Assembly: GCA_963819655.1 (NCBI GenBank)
Contig: CAWFXA010000002.1
Span: 992,001-1,056,000, forward strand
Reading direction: 5' to 3'
DNA length: 64,000 nucleotides
From: an uncultured Chloroflexia bacterium
GTDB taxonomy: Bacteria; Chloroflexota; Limnocylindria; Limnocylindrales; CSP1-4
The position numbers and the translations under genes were made by a program. Below are positions 1-10,125 of the stretch, piece by piece (within the stretch, counting starts at the first letter, position 1; each line of letters opens with the position of its first letter). The notes under the pieces are model-generated. The model did not search any database, had not been told where the DNA came from, and worked only from the letters and a program-made list of their open reading frames with translations.

Positions 1-1
1 G

Positions 2-682
2 TGGCTGTTCCTGCGCTCGGGACCCGGCGCCACCAACCACTTCGAAGGCGGCGGGTTCGTCCGCTCGAATGACGATGTCACCTACCCGAACCTGATGTTC
101 CACTTCCTGCCGCTCGCGATCCGCTACGACGGCTCGGCAGGGGCGACGGGACACGGCTATCAGGTCCACGTCGGGCCGATGTACTCGGATGCGCGCGGGA
201 CGCTGACCCTGAAGAGCACAGATCCGCGCGAGCATCCCGCCCTCCGGTTCAATTACCTGTCGACCGAGCAGGACCGGCGCGAATGGGTCGAGGCGATCCA
301 CGTCGCGCGCTCGATCCTGGGTCGATCGGCGATGGCCGAGTTCGACGGTGGCGAGACGTCACCCGGGCCGTCGGTCGAGACCGACGAGCAGATCCTCGAT
401 TGGGTGGGGCGCGACGCGGAGACCGCTCTGCACCCGTCGTGCACCGCACGGATGGGCGTGGACGATGCCTCTGTGGTCGATCCGCTCACGATGCGGGTCC
501 ACGGTGTCGAGGGGCTGCGACTGGTCGACGCGTCAGCGATGCCCTACGTCACCAACGCCAACATCTACGCGCCGGTGATGATGCTGGCCGAGAAGGCCGC
601 GGACCTGATCGCGGGGAACACGCCGCTGCCGCCGGAGCCGCTTCCGTACTACCGGCACGGGATATCACCACCGCCGGACTGA
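2..682 (+). CDS. betA: GMC oxidoreductase, choline dehydrogenase-like (5' partial)
   Basis: Frame is open from base 2. GMC C-terminal motifs [25 protein letters not shown] and [17 protein letters not shown] are present. Confidence 0.75.
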   Translation, partial: WLFLRSGPGATNHFEGGGFVRSNDDVTYPNLMFHFLPLAIRYDGSAGATGHGYQVHVGPMYSDARGTLTLKSTDPREHPALRFNYLSTEQDRREWVEAIHVARSILGRSAMAEFDGGETSPGPSVETDEQILDWVGRDAETALHPSCTARMGVDDASVVDPLTMRVHGVEGLRLVDASAMPYVTNANIYAPVMMLAEKAADLIAGNTPLPPEPLPYYRHGISPPPD

Positions 683-729
683 GACGTCCTAGCCGCGGGC
701 CGGGCCTGCGCCGGCGCGGCACCGTTCGA

Positions 730-755
730 CGTCCGGGCGCCCGGGCGCCCGGACG
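730..755. terminator. Perfect 26-bp palindrome between convergent genes (possible bidirectional terminator or REP-like element)
   Basis: CGTCCGGGCGCCCGGGCGCCCGGACG is its own reverse complement. There is no U-tract. Confidence 0.45.
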
Positions 756-763
756 CGGCGTTC

Positions 764-1108
764 CTACTTGGCCGGCAGCGTCTTGCCGTGGTCGATGGCG
801 CGCCGGATCCAGGCGTCGAGCTGTCCGTCGTCGTCCACGACGTCGGTCGGCAGCGTGGCGTAGCCCTTCATCGGTTTGCCGGGCATGGGCTCGAACGGGC
901 CGGCACCGGGCAGCGCCAGGAGCGCCGTTCGGTCGTCGTCGGCGAGGCGGATCATCCACGACCGGGCGAACAGGCCGGTCACGAGATTGCCGCCCACGAA
1001 CAGGGCCGGATAGCCGAACATCTTGCGTCGGACAGCCTCGGGGAACCGCTCCGCGGTTGCGTCAAATCGCTCCACGAGCTCGGGTGGTGACTTCTCGAAC
1101 GTCGGCAT
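764..1108 (-). CDS. TfoX/Sxy N-terminal domain family protein
   Basis: RKMFGYPALFVGGNL...PFEPMPGKPMKGY pattern; GGAGG RBS upstream. Confidence 0.8.
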   Translation of the reverse strand: MPTFEKSPPELVERFDATAERFPEAVRRKMFGYPALFVGGNLVTGLFARSWMIRLADDDRTALLALPGAGPFEPMPGKPMKGYATLPTDVVDDDGQLDAWIRRAIDHGKTLPAK

Positions 1109-1141
1109 GCCGGCGACCTCCAGACGACGACCAGCGTAGCG

Positions 1142-2053
1142 TCAAATGGCCTCGATGCGCCGCGGCGCGAGGCGCGGACCGTAGCGCGGCGCGCGCACCC
1201 CGCTGAGCTCCAGCAGACGGACCACCAGCGCGCGCCGTCCCCGGTACGGCTCGAGGAGCTCGAGCATCCGCGTATCCGTCGCTCGCGGTTCGCCGGCCAG
1301 CGCGAACGCGACGAGATGTGGCAGATGGAAGTCGCCGACGCTCACCGCGTCCACGTCGCCGAGGGCTCGGACACCGACCTCCGCCGCGGTCCACGGCCCG
1401 ATGCCCGGCACCGCTTGGAGACGCCGATAGCCGTCGGCGAACGGCATGTCGACGATCGCTTCGAACGTCGACGCGCGCCGCGAGATCGCCCGGATGAGGT
1501 CGGCACGACGTCGCTCGACCCCGAGCGTGTGGTACGACCAGTAGGGCAGCGCCGCGAGCGTCGCCGGCGCGGGTAGCACCCGGAGGCCGAGCTCCGCTGG
1601 ACCCGGCGCCGGCTCGCCGTAGCGCCGGACGAGGCCGTGCCATGCGCGATGGGCCTCGGTGCCGGTCACCTTCTGCTCGAGGATCGCCGCGATCAGCGAC
1701 GGGAAGACCGCCCCCGTCCGCAGGATCCGGATGCCGGGCCGCCGACGGGACAGTCCGGCGATGACGGGGTCCGCCGTGTCTCCGAGGCTCTCTGTCCCGG
1801 TGCTGAAGAGCGCCGGGACCGCCTCGAGGGCGCGATCCGCGCCAGGGCCCCACCCGTCAGCCGTCAACCGACGGCCCGCGACGGTCAAGCCGAGCGTCGC
1901 GATGCCGTCCCGGGTCCTGGTCGCGATCCAGGCCCTCCCCGACGCGAGGCGGATCGTCCGGTCACCGTGTCCGCGCACGAGTGGGCCGAGCGACGCTGAC
2001 AAGTCGAGTGGGCCATCCAGGGCGAATTGAATGCGGGCATCCGGCAGCTGCAC
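1142..2053 (-). CDS. DNA-3-methyladenine glycosylase II (AlkA/HhH-GPD family)
   Basis: AILEQKV, HhH motif LQAVPGIGPWTA and DAVSVGD. Confidence 0.85.
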   Translation of the reverse strand: MQLPDARIQFALDGPLDLSASLGPLVRGHGDRTIRLASGRAWIATRTRDGIATLGLTVAGRRLTADGWGPGADRALEAVPALFSTGTESLGDTADPVIAGLSRRRPGIRILRTGAVFPSLIAAILEQKVTGTEAHRAWHGLVRRYGEPAPGPAELGLRVLPAPATLAALPYWSYHTLGVERRRADLIRAISRRASTFEAIVDMPFADGYRRLQAVPGIGPWTAAEVGVRALGDVDAVSVGDFHLPHLVAFALAGEPRATDTRMLELLEPYRGRRALVVRLLELSGVRAPRYGPRLAPRRIEAI

Positions 2054-2139
2054 ACGCCGAGTCTGTCATGGATCCGAGAGGGTCGCGGGGCGGTGCGCGC
2101 AAGCAACGAAATGCCATTCGATGGTACAGTCGGCTAGAC

Positions 2140-2745
2140 GTGCGACGCCCCAGGGTGGTCGCGAACATGGCGCTCATCGCCGTGGTCGCCACGGTCGCCG
2201 TCCCCGGATCGGTGGGTTCCTGGTTCCCAAGCCCGAATGGAACCCCCTCCGACGATCACTTCGCGGACGTGGAGATGGTCGCGGCTGTCCGTGGGCCGGT
2301 GTCGACCCCCTTGCCCCTCGATCCGGGGGCCCGATCAGACGGGAACCTGGATCAAGGCTCGAAGCTGTTCGAGCCGAACATCGCGAATGAGCCAACCCAG
2401 GCTCGGCCGGAGGCTGCCCAGCCCGAGGCCTCGCCCGTTGTCGTGGCCAAGCCAAGCTGGCGCCTCGACCGCAACGTGTCGTGGTACGGCCCTGGCTTCT
2501 ACGGCAAGCGGACGGCGTGTGGCCTCGCGATGACCAAGACGCTGGTCGGCGTCGCCCATCGGACATTGCCGTGCGGCACGAAGATCACCTTCAAGAACCC
2601 CGCCAATGGCCGGACCGTGACCGCTCCCGTTGTCGACCGCGGGCCGTACGTCAGCGGACGGCAATGGGACCTGACCGGCGGGTTGTGCCAGCGCCTCGAT
2701 CACTGCCAGACGGGTGCGCTGTACTGGCGGCCAACCAGCCGCTGA
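2140..2745 (+). CDS. RlpA-family (DPBB) septal lytic transglycosylase-like secreted protein
   Basis: SWYGPGFYGKRTACG, AHRTLPCGT and VVDRGPY...DLT. A GTG start at 2140 gives a signal-peptide-like N-terminus and follows TACAGT. Start is uncertain. Confidence 0.8.
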   Translation: MRRPRVVANMALIAVVATVAVPGSVGSWFPSPNGTPSDDHFADVEMVAAVRGPVSTPLPLDPGARSDGNLDQGSKLFEPNIANEPTQARPEAAQPEASPVVVAKPSWRLDRNVSWYGPGFYGKRTACGLAMTKTLVGVAHRTLPCGTKITFKNPANGRTVTAPVVDRGPYVSGRQWDLTGGLCQRLDHCQTGALYWRPTSR

Positions 2746-2829
2746 TCGAAGTCCTGCCCGGTCATTGTCCGCCACCGCCCGAGGATAGCCGCCGGAACGG
2801 CTACCCCCGGAGCAGGTGGCTGACGCTCG

Positions 2830-5191
2830 TCAGCGAAGGACGAAGATCTGGTCGAGCACGACGCCCGGGTGACCGGACGTCCCCACCACCACGATCCGGA
2901 TCGAGTGGTTCCCGACAGCCGCCCAGGACCGCACGAAGACCATCTTGCGATCGGTCACCGTGGCGGCGTTGAGGTTGACGGTCTTGATCAGCGAGCCGTC
3001 GATGTAGACGCGGGCCGACCCGTACGTCGGGCCGGTGCGGCTGAGCCAGGCGACACGGTTGCCGTTGAAGGCGAGGGTCGCCGATCGGCCGGCCACGGAG
3101 CCGACCCGAGCCTTGCCGCCGACATACACCGGTGACGTGGACAGACCCCACGTGCCGCTGTACTTCACCGCGGTGCTCGATTCGCTGTAGCTGATCGTCC
3201 TGAACGTCGGGCCTGTCCGGTAGGCGCTGTAGTTTGCGCCGTCGAAGGCGCGGACCCGGAACCGATAGTTGTGGGCCGAGTTGCTCAGGTCGATCGAGTA
3301 GCCGTTCGTCGGCGGATTGGCGACGGTGGCGAACGCGCCGCCATCGATCGAGCGCTGAAGCTCGTAGCTCTGGACGCCGATGTTGTCGGTACTGGCCGTC
3401 CAGGTGATGCGCACGGGGACCCCGTACCGGCCCGAACCGAAGAGCGTGTGGGCCGGCACGCCGGGCGTGCTCGGCGCGATGGGGTCGCTCGTGTCGACCG
3501 TGATCGTGTCGTTCGCGACGCTCGACCAGTTGCCGGCGGCATCGCGCCACTGGACGTAGACGGTCTTGACGCCGTCACCGGCAGTGAGCGTCCACGCGAC
3601 CGGCGTGCCGTACACGAAGGTCGAGCTGCTGCTCATGTCGGAGTTGTTCGACAGCTTCACGAGACTGAGGCCAGTCCCGGCGTCGGTCGCGGGGACCGCG
3701 ACCGCGGCAGCCTGGCTGCTCGTCGTGGCCGCGCCGCCGTTGATCGAGACCGTGCCGGTGGGCGCGGTGCTATCGCTGGCCGGGAGGTCCATGACGTTGT
3801 GGAGGTAGACCCTGGCATTGCCACCGGCCGACGACGTCAGATTGTTGGCGATCACGGCGATGCCGCTGGTGGACGTCACCGTCTGCTTCGTCGTGGACGG
3901 GTCGTCGATCAGCGTCTCGGTGGCGCTCTTGATGAACGGGGTACCGCGCTGGATGGTCTGGTCGGCAGCCCCGCGGAACTTGAAGGCCTCAGGGCCTGTG
4001 AGCGGGGCGGACTTCACGTAGACGGTCCCGCCGCCGTTCGGCGAGGTCAGGAACACGTACGCGACCTCGAGCTGCTCGCTGATCGCGATCTGGGGTCGGG
4101 TGTTGCAGTCGCCGACGGTGCCGGCGAGGTGGGTCGACCACGTCCCTCCAGCGGTTCGCTGGAAGAACTCGACCAGCGGGTGCTGCTTGCCGGTCGCGCA
4201 GTTCAGCGTATCGCGGCCGGTCTTCCCGACCATGAACACGCGGCCGTCGCTGGTCTTCTTGAGGTTGATGTGGTTGTCGGCGATCTGGGTGTTGCCCACC
4301 TGGTTCAGGGTCGGCAGCTTCTCGAGCGACCAGCTGCCCGCGAGCGTCGGGTCGGCCACACCGGCATCCGCCACGGCGAAGTAGTAGCCGTTGTCGGCGC
4401 CCACGGACGCGCCGGAATCGTCCTGGTCGCTCCAGGCGACGCCGATCTTGGTGCCGAACGAGATGACGCTCGCGATATCGCTATCGACGAGCCCGTTCGA
4501 GTTGATCGGGTTGCCGACTTGCGCGGGGAGTTGCGCAGGGAGGCTCCAGTTGACGCCGTCATCGTCGGAATAGCTGTACATGACGGTCGTGCCCTTCGCC
4601 CAGACGAGCCACAGGCGGTTGCTCGAGTCCTTCTCGATCGTCACGGAATACGCGCCGCCGCGGAAAGCCGGCGTAGGCTGTGCTCGCGGTTCCGGCGATC
4701 GACTTGATGCCCCCGACCTGCGTGTAGGCCCCAGCCGCATACGTGTACTTGAAGAAGCGGATGTCGTCCGGGGTGGCCGGCACCGCGAAGGGCGACGACG
4801 TGTTGACGGGCGGGACCGAGGCGACGTAGAGGGTGCTCGCGCCCTGGTCCCACAGGTAATCGGCGTGCGACGTATCTCGGCCATCGACGATGGTGGTCGT
4901 GGCCGTCCATCCGGTCTTGTCCGCCGTGAGCTTCCAGATGCGGTAGTCCGAGATCGACGGCGAGACGCTGTACCGGAACATGCCGGCCCACCAGCTGCCA
5001 TCCGCGAACCAGGTCTTGGACTGCGGCTTGTCACTGGACGGCCGGAAGGCGCCGCCGCCGTAGGCGTGGTCGCGGTAGCCCACCGTGACCGGCGTCCCCG
5101 CAAGGACGGAGCCGGATGCGAGGATGGCGGCCAGGCCGATGGACGTGAGGACCGTCGCGAGGCGACGACCAGAGCGCAACGCATGAGTCAT
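2830..5191 (-). CDS. Large secreted protein with Asp-box-like, Ig/FN3-like and C-terminal sugar-binding-like domains (frameshift near 4675)
   Basis: Signal peptide MTHALRSGRRLATVLTSIGLAAILAS in one frame joins the 2830..5184 frame. Contains YSDDDGVNW, WTASTDNIGVQSY and YRFRVRAFD. Confidence 0.7.
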
Positions 5192-5273
5192 GGATCGAGG
5201 AACCCCCACAGATGATGGCGTGCGTCCCACACCCGGTAGGACTTTCGTCGCCGTTCCGCAACGGGCGACAGGG

Positions 5274-6233
5274 CTAGTCAGGATACGCGACTCGTCCAGA
5301 ATGGGGGCCGGCCCCGACATCCTTTCCGGTGACCGACGGCAACGCGGACCCCGCCCGTCGTGCGGTCCGAACCAGCTCCACTGCGGCCGCGATCACCAGA
5401 TCGGGGCGGTCGGCCTGGATGATGTGACCGGCACCCCACGCGATCTCGTATCGCACGTGTCCGGGAGAGAGCGAACCGTATCCCTGTTCCCACGCGCTGG
5501 CGATCGCCTCGTTCGTCGGGCCGTCGAGACGCGGTTCCTCGCGCGCCGCCCGGAGCACGACGATCGGCAATCCGGACACGTCGGCGGCGCGAAGCTGGGC
5601 CTCGGATGTCGGCCAGTCGAGGTCCTCGACACCGGCCACGAGATCCCGCAGCTGCTGAGCGCGCTGTTCGTACTCGGGTCGAAGGTCGCCGAGGAGCGGA
5701 TGGATCCAATCGACCTCGAGATCGACGCTGAAGCCATCGACGAGGACGAGGCCGGCGACATCGGCCCGGTGGCGGTGCGCGAAGACGCGCGCGTAGACCT
5801 CACCGAGCGAATGCCCGATGGCGATGAATGGCGGCGACTCGCCGGCGACCTCCAGGAGGTCGTGCAGATCGTCGGTCGCGTTGGCGACGGTGTGGCGCCC
5901 GCGTCCGTCGCTCGACCCGCGACCCGCCCGGTCGTAGGCGCAGGTGCGCGTGGTGGCCGCCATCCCGTCGTGCACGGCCGTCCAGCCGGCGACGCCGTCA
6001 CCCATCCCGGCCTCGAGGACGATCGTCGGCGACCCCGTGCCCCGACAATCGAGGTACAGAGACCGCCCGCCGAGGTCGATGCGCTCACCCTGCCCGATGG
6101 CGACCGGTCCGAGCCGGTGGCGCGCAAGCCATGCCCCGGGACCGCCGACACGGGCGATATCGATGAGGAGTGCCAGGACCAGCCCGACCACGACCGCGAG
6201 CAGCAGACGCGACGGCTGGCGAAGGACGGCCAT
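5274..6233 (-). CDS. Alpha/beta hydrolase with N-terminal membrane anchor
   Basis: YDRAGRGSS, nucleophile elbow GHSLG, GAGHIIQADRPD. Confidence 0.85.
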   Translation of the reverse strand: MAVLRQPSRLLLAVVVGLVLALLIDIARVGGPGAWLARHRLGPVAIGQGERIDLGGRSLYLDCRGTGSPTIVLEAGMGDGVAGWTAVHDGMAATTRTCAYDRAGRGSSDGRGRHTVANATDDLHDLLEVAGESPPFIAIGHSLGEVYARVFAHRHRADVAGLVLVDGFSVDLEVDWIHPLLGDLRPEYEQRAQQLRDLVAGVEDLDWPTSEAQLRAADVSGLPIVVLRAAREEPRLDGPTNEAIASAWEQGYGSLSPGHVRYEIAWGAGHIIQADRPDLVIAAAVELVRTARRAGSALPSVTGKDVGAGPHSGRVAYPD

Positions 6234-6251
6234 GCGCCCTACCGTAGCGGC
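6234..6251. promoter_or_regulatory. Candidate bidirectional leaderless promoter
   Basis: Only 18 bp separate the divergent ATGs. TACCGT (+, 6240-45) and TACGGT (-, 6241-46) overlap and lie 6 and 7 nt before each ATG. Confidence 0.6.
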
Positions 6252-6521
6252 ATGTGCCGGAGCATCAAGACCCTCCGTCGTCCGGGTGAAGTGGCGACGA
6301 CCGGAGAGCTGGAGGCCGCCGCCCGCCAGTTCGTCCGCAAGCTGAGCGGCTACCGCGAGCCGAGCGCGCGCAACCAGGACGCGTTCGACGCAGCGATCCA
6401 GGAGGTCGCCGCCGCGAGCCGCCGGCTCGTCGAGGCGATCGGCGTCGATGTGGAGGTCGGGCCCGACCGCTGGAAGCCCGGAAGCGGCACCGCCCGGACG
6501 CGCCCCCGCGCCCTCGCATGA
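6252..6521 (+). CDS. DUF2277 family protein
   Basis: MCRSIKTLR...AARQFVRKLSGYREPSARNQDAF family signature. Confidence 0.8.
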   Translation: MCRSIKTLRRPGEVATTGELEAAARQFVRKLSGYREPSARNQDAFDAAIQEVAAASRRLVEAIGVDVEVGPDRWKPGSGTARTRPRALA

Positions 6522-7753
6522 CCACGGCCGCGGCCGTGCCCTGGTGGATCCGCCAGGGCCTGGACATCGCGGACGGACGACTGGCGATCGCGGGACGCGA
6601 CGCCGAGACGCTTGCGCGCCAGCACGGCACGCCACTGTTCGCCTACGACCTCGCCCGCTTCGGCGAGAACGCGCGATCGATCCAGGCCGCGTTCACACCG
6701 ACCGGCTTGGCGTTCCATCTCCGGTTCGCCCTGAAGGCGAATCCGTTCCCCGAGGTGCTCGGCGTGTTCCGTTCGCTCGGCGCGCCCGGCGAGCTCGGCT
6801 CGGTCGGTATCGACGCCTGCTCGCCCGGCGAGGTGCTGCGTGCGCTCGAGTGCGGCTGGCGGCCCGACGAGATCAGCTACACCGGCACGAACGTCTCCGA
6901 GCGCGATCTCGACGTGCTGCTGGCGCACGGCATCCACCTCAACCTCGACGCGATCAGCCAGATCGCCCGATATGGTCGCCGCGCCCCGGGCACGGCGATC
7001 GGGATCCGCATCGATCCGGGCACGGGCGCCGGCTACAACGTCCACCTGGAGTACGCGGGCGATCGGCCGACGAAATTCGGCATCGGTCTCGAGCGGTTCG
7101 ACGAGGCGCTCGCCGTGGCCGCCGAGCACGCGCTGGCGATCGACACGATCCACTTCCATGCCGGGTCCGGCTGGCTCGCCGACGGGCTCGATGCCTTCGA
7201 GCATGCGCTGCCGGTGGCGGTCGAGGCCGTCGGGCGGGCGCGCGCCGCCGGCCACGCGATCACCGAGGTCAACGTCGGCGGCGGGCTCGGTGTGCCGGCA
7301 CGGTCGGACGAGGCGGGGGTCGACTTGGCGACGTACGCGGCGGTCGTCGCGCGGCATCTCGGGCCGCTCGGCGTCACTGTGACGGCTGAGCCGGGCGACG
7401 CGCTGACGAAGGACGCCGGGATCCTCCTGGCCGAGGTCGTCACGGTCGAGACCCGGCGGGGCGTGACGTTCGTCGGCCTCGATATCGGCTGGAACGTGAA
7501 CTGCGCCTTCTTCATCTACGGGTTCGCACAGGAGATCGTCCCGTGTCGCGACCCGGCGGCCGAGCGGACCCAGCAGGTGACGATCGCGGGCCACATCAAC
7601 GAGGCAAGCGACGTGTTCGCCGAGGATTATCCGATGGCGCCCGTGGCGGAGGGGGAGGTGGTCGCCCTGCTCAACGCCGGTGGCTATCACCAGGCGATGA
7701 GCTCGACCCACTGCCTGCGGCCGACCGGGACCGCGCTGTTCCTCGAGCGGTAG
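6518..7753 (+). CDS. Fold-type III PLP decarboxylase, diaminopimelate decarboxylase-like
   Basis: FALKAN, KFG, HFHAGSG, NVGGG and EPG are present. The catalytic CESGD-type motif reads NEASD. Confidence 0.75.
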   Translation: MTTAAAVPWWIRQGLDIADGRLAIAGRDAETLARQHGTPLFAYDLARFGENARSIQAAFTPTGLAFHLRFALKANPFPEVLGVFRSLGAPGELGSVGIDACSPGEVLRALECGWRPDEISYTGTNVSERDLDVLLAHGIHLNLDAISQIARYGRRAPGTAIGIRIDPGTGAGYNVHLEYAGDRPTKFGIGLERFDEALAVAAEHALAIDTIHFHAGSGWLADGLDAFEHALPVAVEAVGRARAAGHAITEVNVGGGLGVPARSDEAGVDLATYAAVVARHLGPLGVTVTAEPGDALTKDAGILLAEVVTVETRRGVTFVGLDIGWNVNCAFFIYGFAQEIVPCRDPAAERTQQVTIAGHINEASDVFAEDYPMAPVAEGEVVALLNAGGYHQAMSSTHCLRPTGTALFLER

Positions 7754-7812
7754 GGAGGCGGGGCTGCGCGATCTGCGGGCCCGGGCCCCGGAGCTTCAGG
7801 CGGCGCTGCGCG

Positions 7813-8502
7813 TCAGGCGGCGCGGCGTCCCAACGACCGCGACGGGATCGCGAACGCCTGGAACAGCGCGATCGCCCAGAACGCCAGAGTGAGCGGGTCG
7901 GCCTGGACCGACTCCATGACCACGCTGATGACGAAGTCGGGCGGCTGGACGACCTCGAGGGTCAGGCCTTCGGCGGCCAGCTCCTGGCCAACGAAATGGG
8001 CGACGATCAGGTATTCGCTGATGACCAGCGCAAGGAGCGTGAGGACGACGGAGATCGCCACCAGGACGACGGATCCGCGGCGGTTCGCGCCGAGGACGAC
8101 TCCGTAGCCGACGACGAAGCCAACGGCGATCGCCACGAGTCCGACCTGATACTGGGTGACCGCGACGACGCCATACCAGATGCCCGTCGCAAGGACCGCG
8201 GCCACGAGACCGGCGAGCAGGCCTCCGATGATGTCGCTCGTCCTTGCGGGCTGGCGCGGGGCCGCGTCAATAGCGCTCGTCGCAGGACCGCTCGCGAGAG
8301 CGCCCGGGTCGAGCGGCGATCCGAGCGCGGCCACGCCGACTCCGCCATCGGCGGCGGCCAGCGTCGGGGACGGACTCGAGATCCCACCGATCGGGCGCAG
8401 CTCGGACGCGGCGACGATCTCGCGCGCGCCGCCACAGCTGTAGCACGAGTTCGCCGAGGCGCGATTGATCGACTTGCAGTTGCCGCAGACCCAGTCGTTC
8501 AC
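7813..8502 (-). CDS. Membrane protein with N-terminal RanBP2-type zinc finger
   Basis: DWVCGNCKSINRASANSCYSC fits W-x-C-x2-C-x3-N-x6-C-x2-C; about 4 hydrophobic segments follow. Confidence 0.7.
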   Translation of the reverse strand: MNDWVCGNCKSINRASANSCYSCGGAREIVAASELRPIGGISSPSPTLAAADGGVGVAALGSPLDPGALASGPATSAIDAAPRQPARTSDIIGGLLAGLVAAVLATGIWYGVVAVTQYQVGLVAIAVGFVVGYGVVLGANRRGSVVLVAISVVLTLLALVISEYLIVAHFVGQELAAEGLTLEVVQPPDFVISVVMESVQADPLTLAFWAIALFQAFAIPSRSLGRRAA

Positions 8503-8615
8503 GAACGGACCCCCATGCGATAGACCGGTCCTCGACCGGGCGGGCCGAAGTATGGCGACGGCCCTCCGCGCGGACGACCATCCGACGGTCCGGGGGTCGA
8601 CCAGTACACTCGCCG

Positions 8616-9491
8616 GTGATGACGCAGCACGCCGAACGAGATGCCCCGCCGACGCGGCACATCACGACGCGGTCGATCGTGGCCGTGCGGGGATCGACGC
8701 TCGAGATCCGCGGGGACAGGGTCGTCGGGGAGGCACCGCTCGAGATCCGCGCGGCAGGCCCCGACCAGGATCCGGTCGCCGTCGCCGTCACGATGCGGAC
8801 CCCCGGCCACGAGGCCGAATTGGCAGTCGGCTTCCTGCGCACCGAGGGGCTGATCGACGGTCCCGAGGTCGTCGGCACGGAAAGCGGCGATCCGGTCACG
8901 CTCAACCAGCCGGACGACACGATCGTCGTGCGCCTGTCGACCCCGTTCGACGACTCGGCCGTGGCGGAGCGGCATTTCGTCGCGACGGCCTCGTGCGGGA
9001 TCTGTGGCAAGGCCTCGATCGACGAGGTCGTGCTGCGCTGTGAGGTCCTGCCGGACGGTCCGGTCGTGCCACGGTCCGTGGTGGTCGCCCTCCCCGACCT
9101 GCTTCGCGCGGCCCAGAAGGCGTTCGATGAAACGGGCGGGCTCCACGCTGCGGCGTTGTTCTCGCCGCGCGGCGAGCTGATCGCGATCCGCGAGGACGTC
9201 GGTCGCCACAACGCCATCGACAAGCTCGTCGGGTCGCAGGTCCTCGCGGGTGCACTCCCGCTGCACGACCGGATCCTGATGGTCTCGGGTCGGGTCAGCT
9301 TCGAGATCGTCCAGAAGGCCGCGGTGGCGGGCGTGCCGATCGTCGCTGCGGTGTCGGCGCCATCGGATCTGGCGGTCGAGACCGCGGAGCGACTCGGTGT
9401 GACGCTCGTTGGGTTCCTGCGCGGCGACGGGTTCAACGTCTACAGCCACGACCGCCGGATCGACCTGCACGACCTGACAGGCTGGGGCTGA
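8616..9491 (+). CDS. fdhD: Formate dehydrogenase accessory sulfurtransferase FdhD
   Basis: TMRTPG, ASCGICGK, TGGLHAAA, REDVGRHNAIDK, SGRVSFE and SAPS. Confidence 0.95.
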   Translation: MMTQHAERDAPPTRHITTRSIVAVRGSTLEIRGDRVVGEAPLEIRAAGPDQDPVAVAVTMRTPGHEAELAVGFLRTEGLIDGPEVVGTESGDPVTLNQPDDTIVVRLSTPFDDSAVAERHFVATASCGICGKASIDEVVLRCEVLPDGPVVPRSVVVALPDLLRAAQKAFDETGGLHAAALFSPRGELIAIREDVGRHNAIDKLVGSQVLAGALPLHDRILMVSGRVSFEIVQKAAVAGVPIVAAVSAPSDLAVETAERLGVTLVGFLRGDGFNVYSHDRRIDLHDLTGWG

Positions 9492-9507
9492 CCGGCACGT
9501 CACTATT

Positions 9508-9663
9508 TGACCTACTGAGTCATATCGACCCGTCCGGTCACGAATCCTGATGAGCGTGCACGCTCGACCCTCAAATCTTGCATCGAAATGCGCGAAGTCG
9601 AGCCGGTCCGCGCTCGTTCATCGCGCGCCCTGACCTGACGGGTCGGTTTGACCTGTCAGGTCA
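9508..9663. repeat. 156-bp element bounded by two related 33-nt self-complementary units (MITE/REP-like)
   Basis: 9508-9540 and 9631-9663 match 25/33 as inverted repeats. Internal 14-bp palindrome GAGCGTGCACGCTC at 9552-9565. Confidence 0.5.
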
Positions 9664-10125
9664 CCGATCAGCGGCGAACCAACTCGTCGCGCGTTCGATC
9701 GTCACCATGATCAATGGCCGGGACTCCAGATCGTGCTCGGCATATTGGCTGTACTTGATACGGAGTGCCCGCGCGACCGCCCGCGCACCGACGTCGCGCG
9801 GGGTCGGCTCGACCACCTTCGCCCGACCGGTCACGCGCAGCCACGCGAGCTCGTCCCAGTTCTCGGACCAGCGTTGGACCAGCAGACTGACGACTGGCCG
9901 CTCGCGGATGTCTCGGACGCGAGCGAGCGCGTAGGGATCTGTCGTCGATTTGGGCTTCTCGTCGATCGGCGTGTGCAGGACGGGCCGACCACGATTCTCG
10001 AGGGGTGCCAGAACGAAGCAGACCGGCACAAGGCGTGGATGCCCGTCGGGATCGATCGTCGCTAGCGTCGCCGTGCGCGCGTCCGCGAGGAGCGCCCGCT
10101 CAGCCAGCGTCAGGACCGGTGGCAC
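9661..10125 (-). CDS. PPOX-class (probable F420-dependent) oxidoreductase, Rv0121-like
   Basis: ATLATIDPDGHPRLVPVCF, IDEKPK and WSENWDELAWLRV. Confidence 0.85.
   Translation of the reverse strand: MPPVLTLAERALLADARTATLATIDPDGHPRLVPVCFVLAPLENRGRPVLHTPIDEKPKSTTDPYALARVRDIRERPVVSLLVQRWSENWDELAWLRVTGRAKVVEPTPRDVGARAVARALRIKYSQYAEHDLESRPLIMVTIERATSWFAADR

Noticed and set aside
9547-9620. Hammerhead ribozyme (CTGATGAG ... CGAAA)
   Set aside because: Stems I, II and III each need bulges next to the core, and the strong local palindrome is not followed by GAAA.
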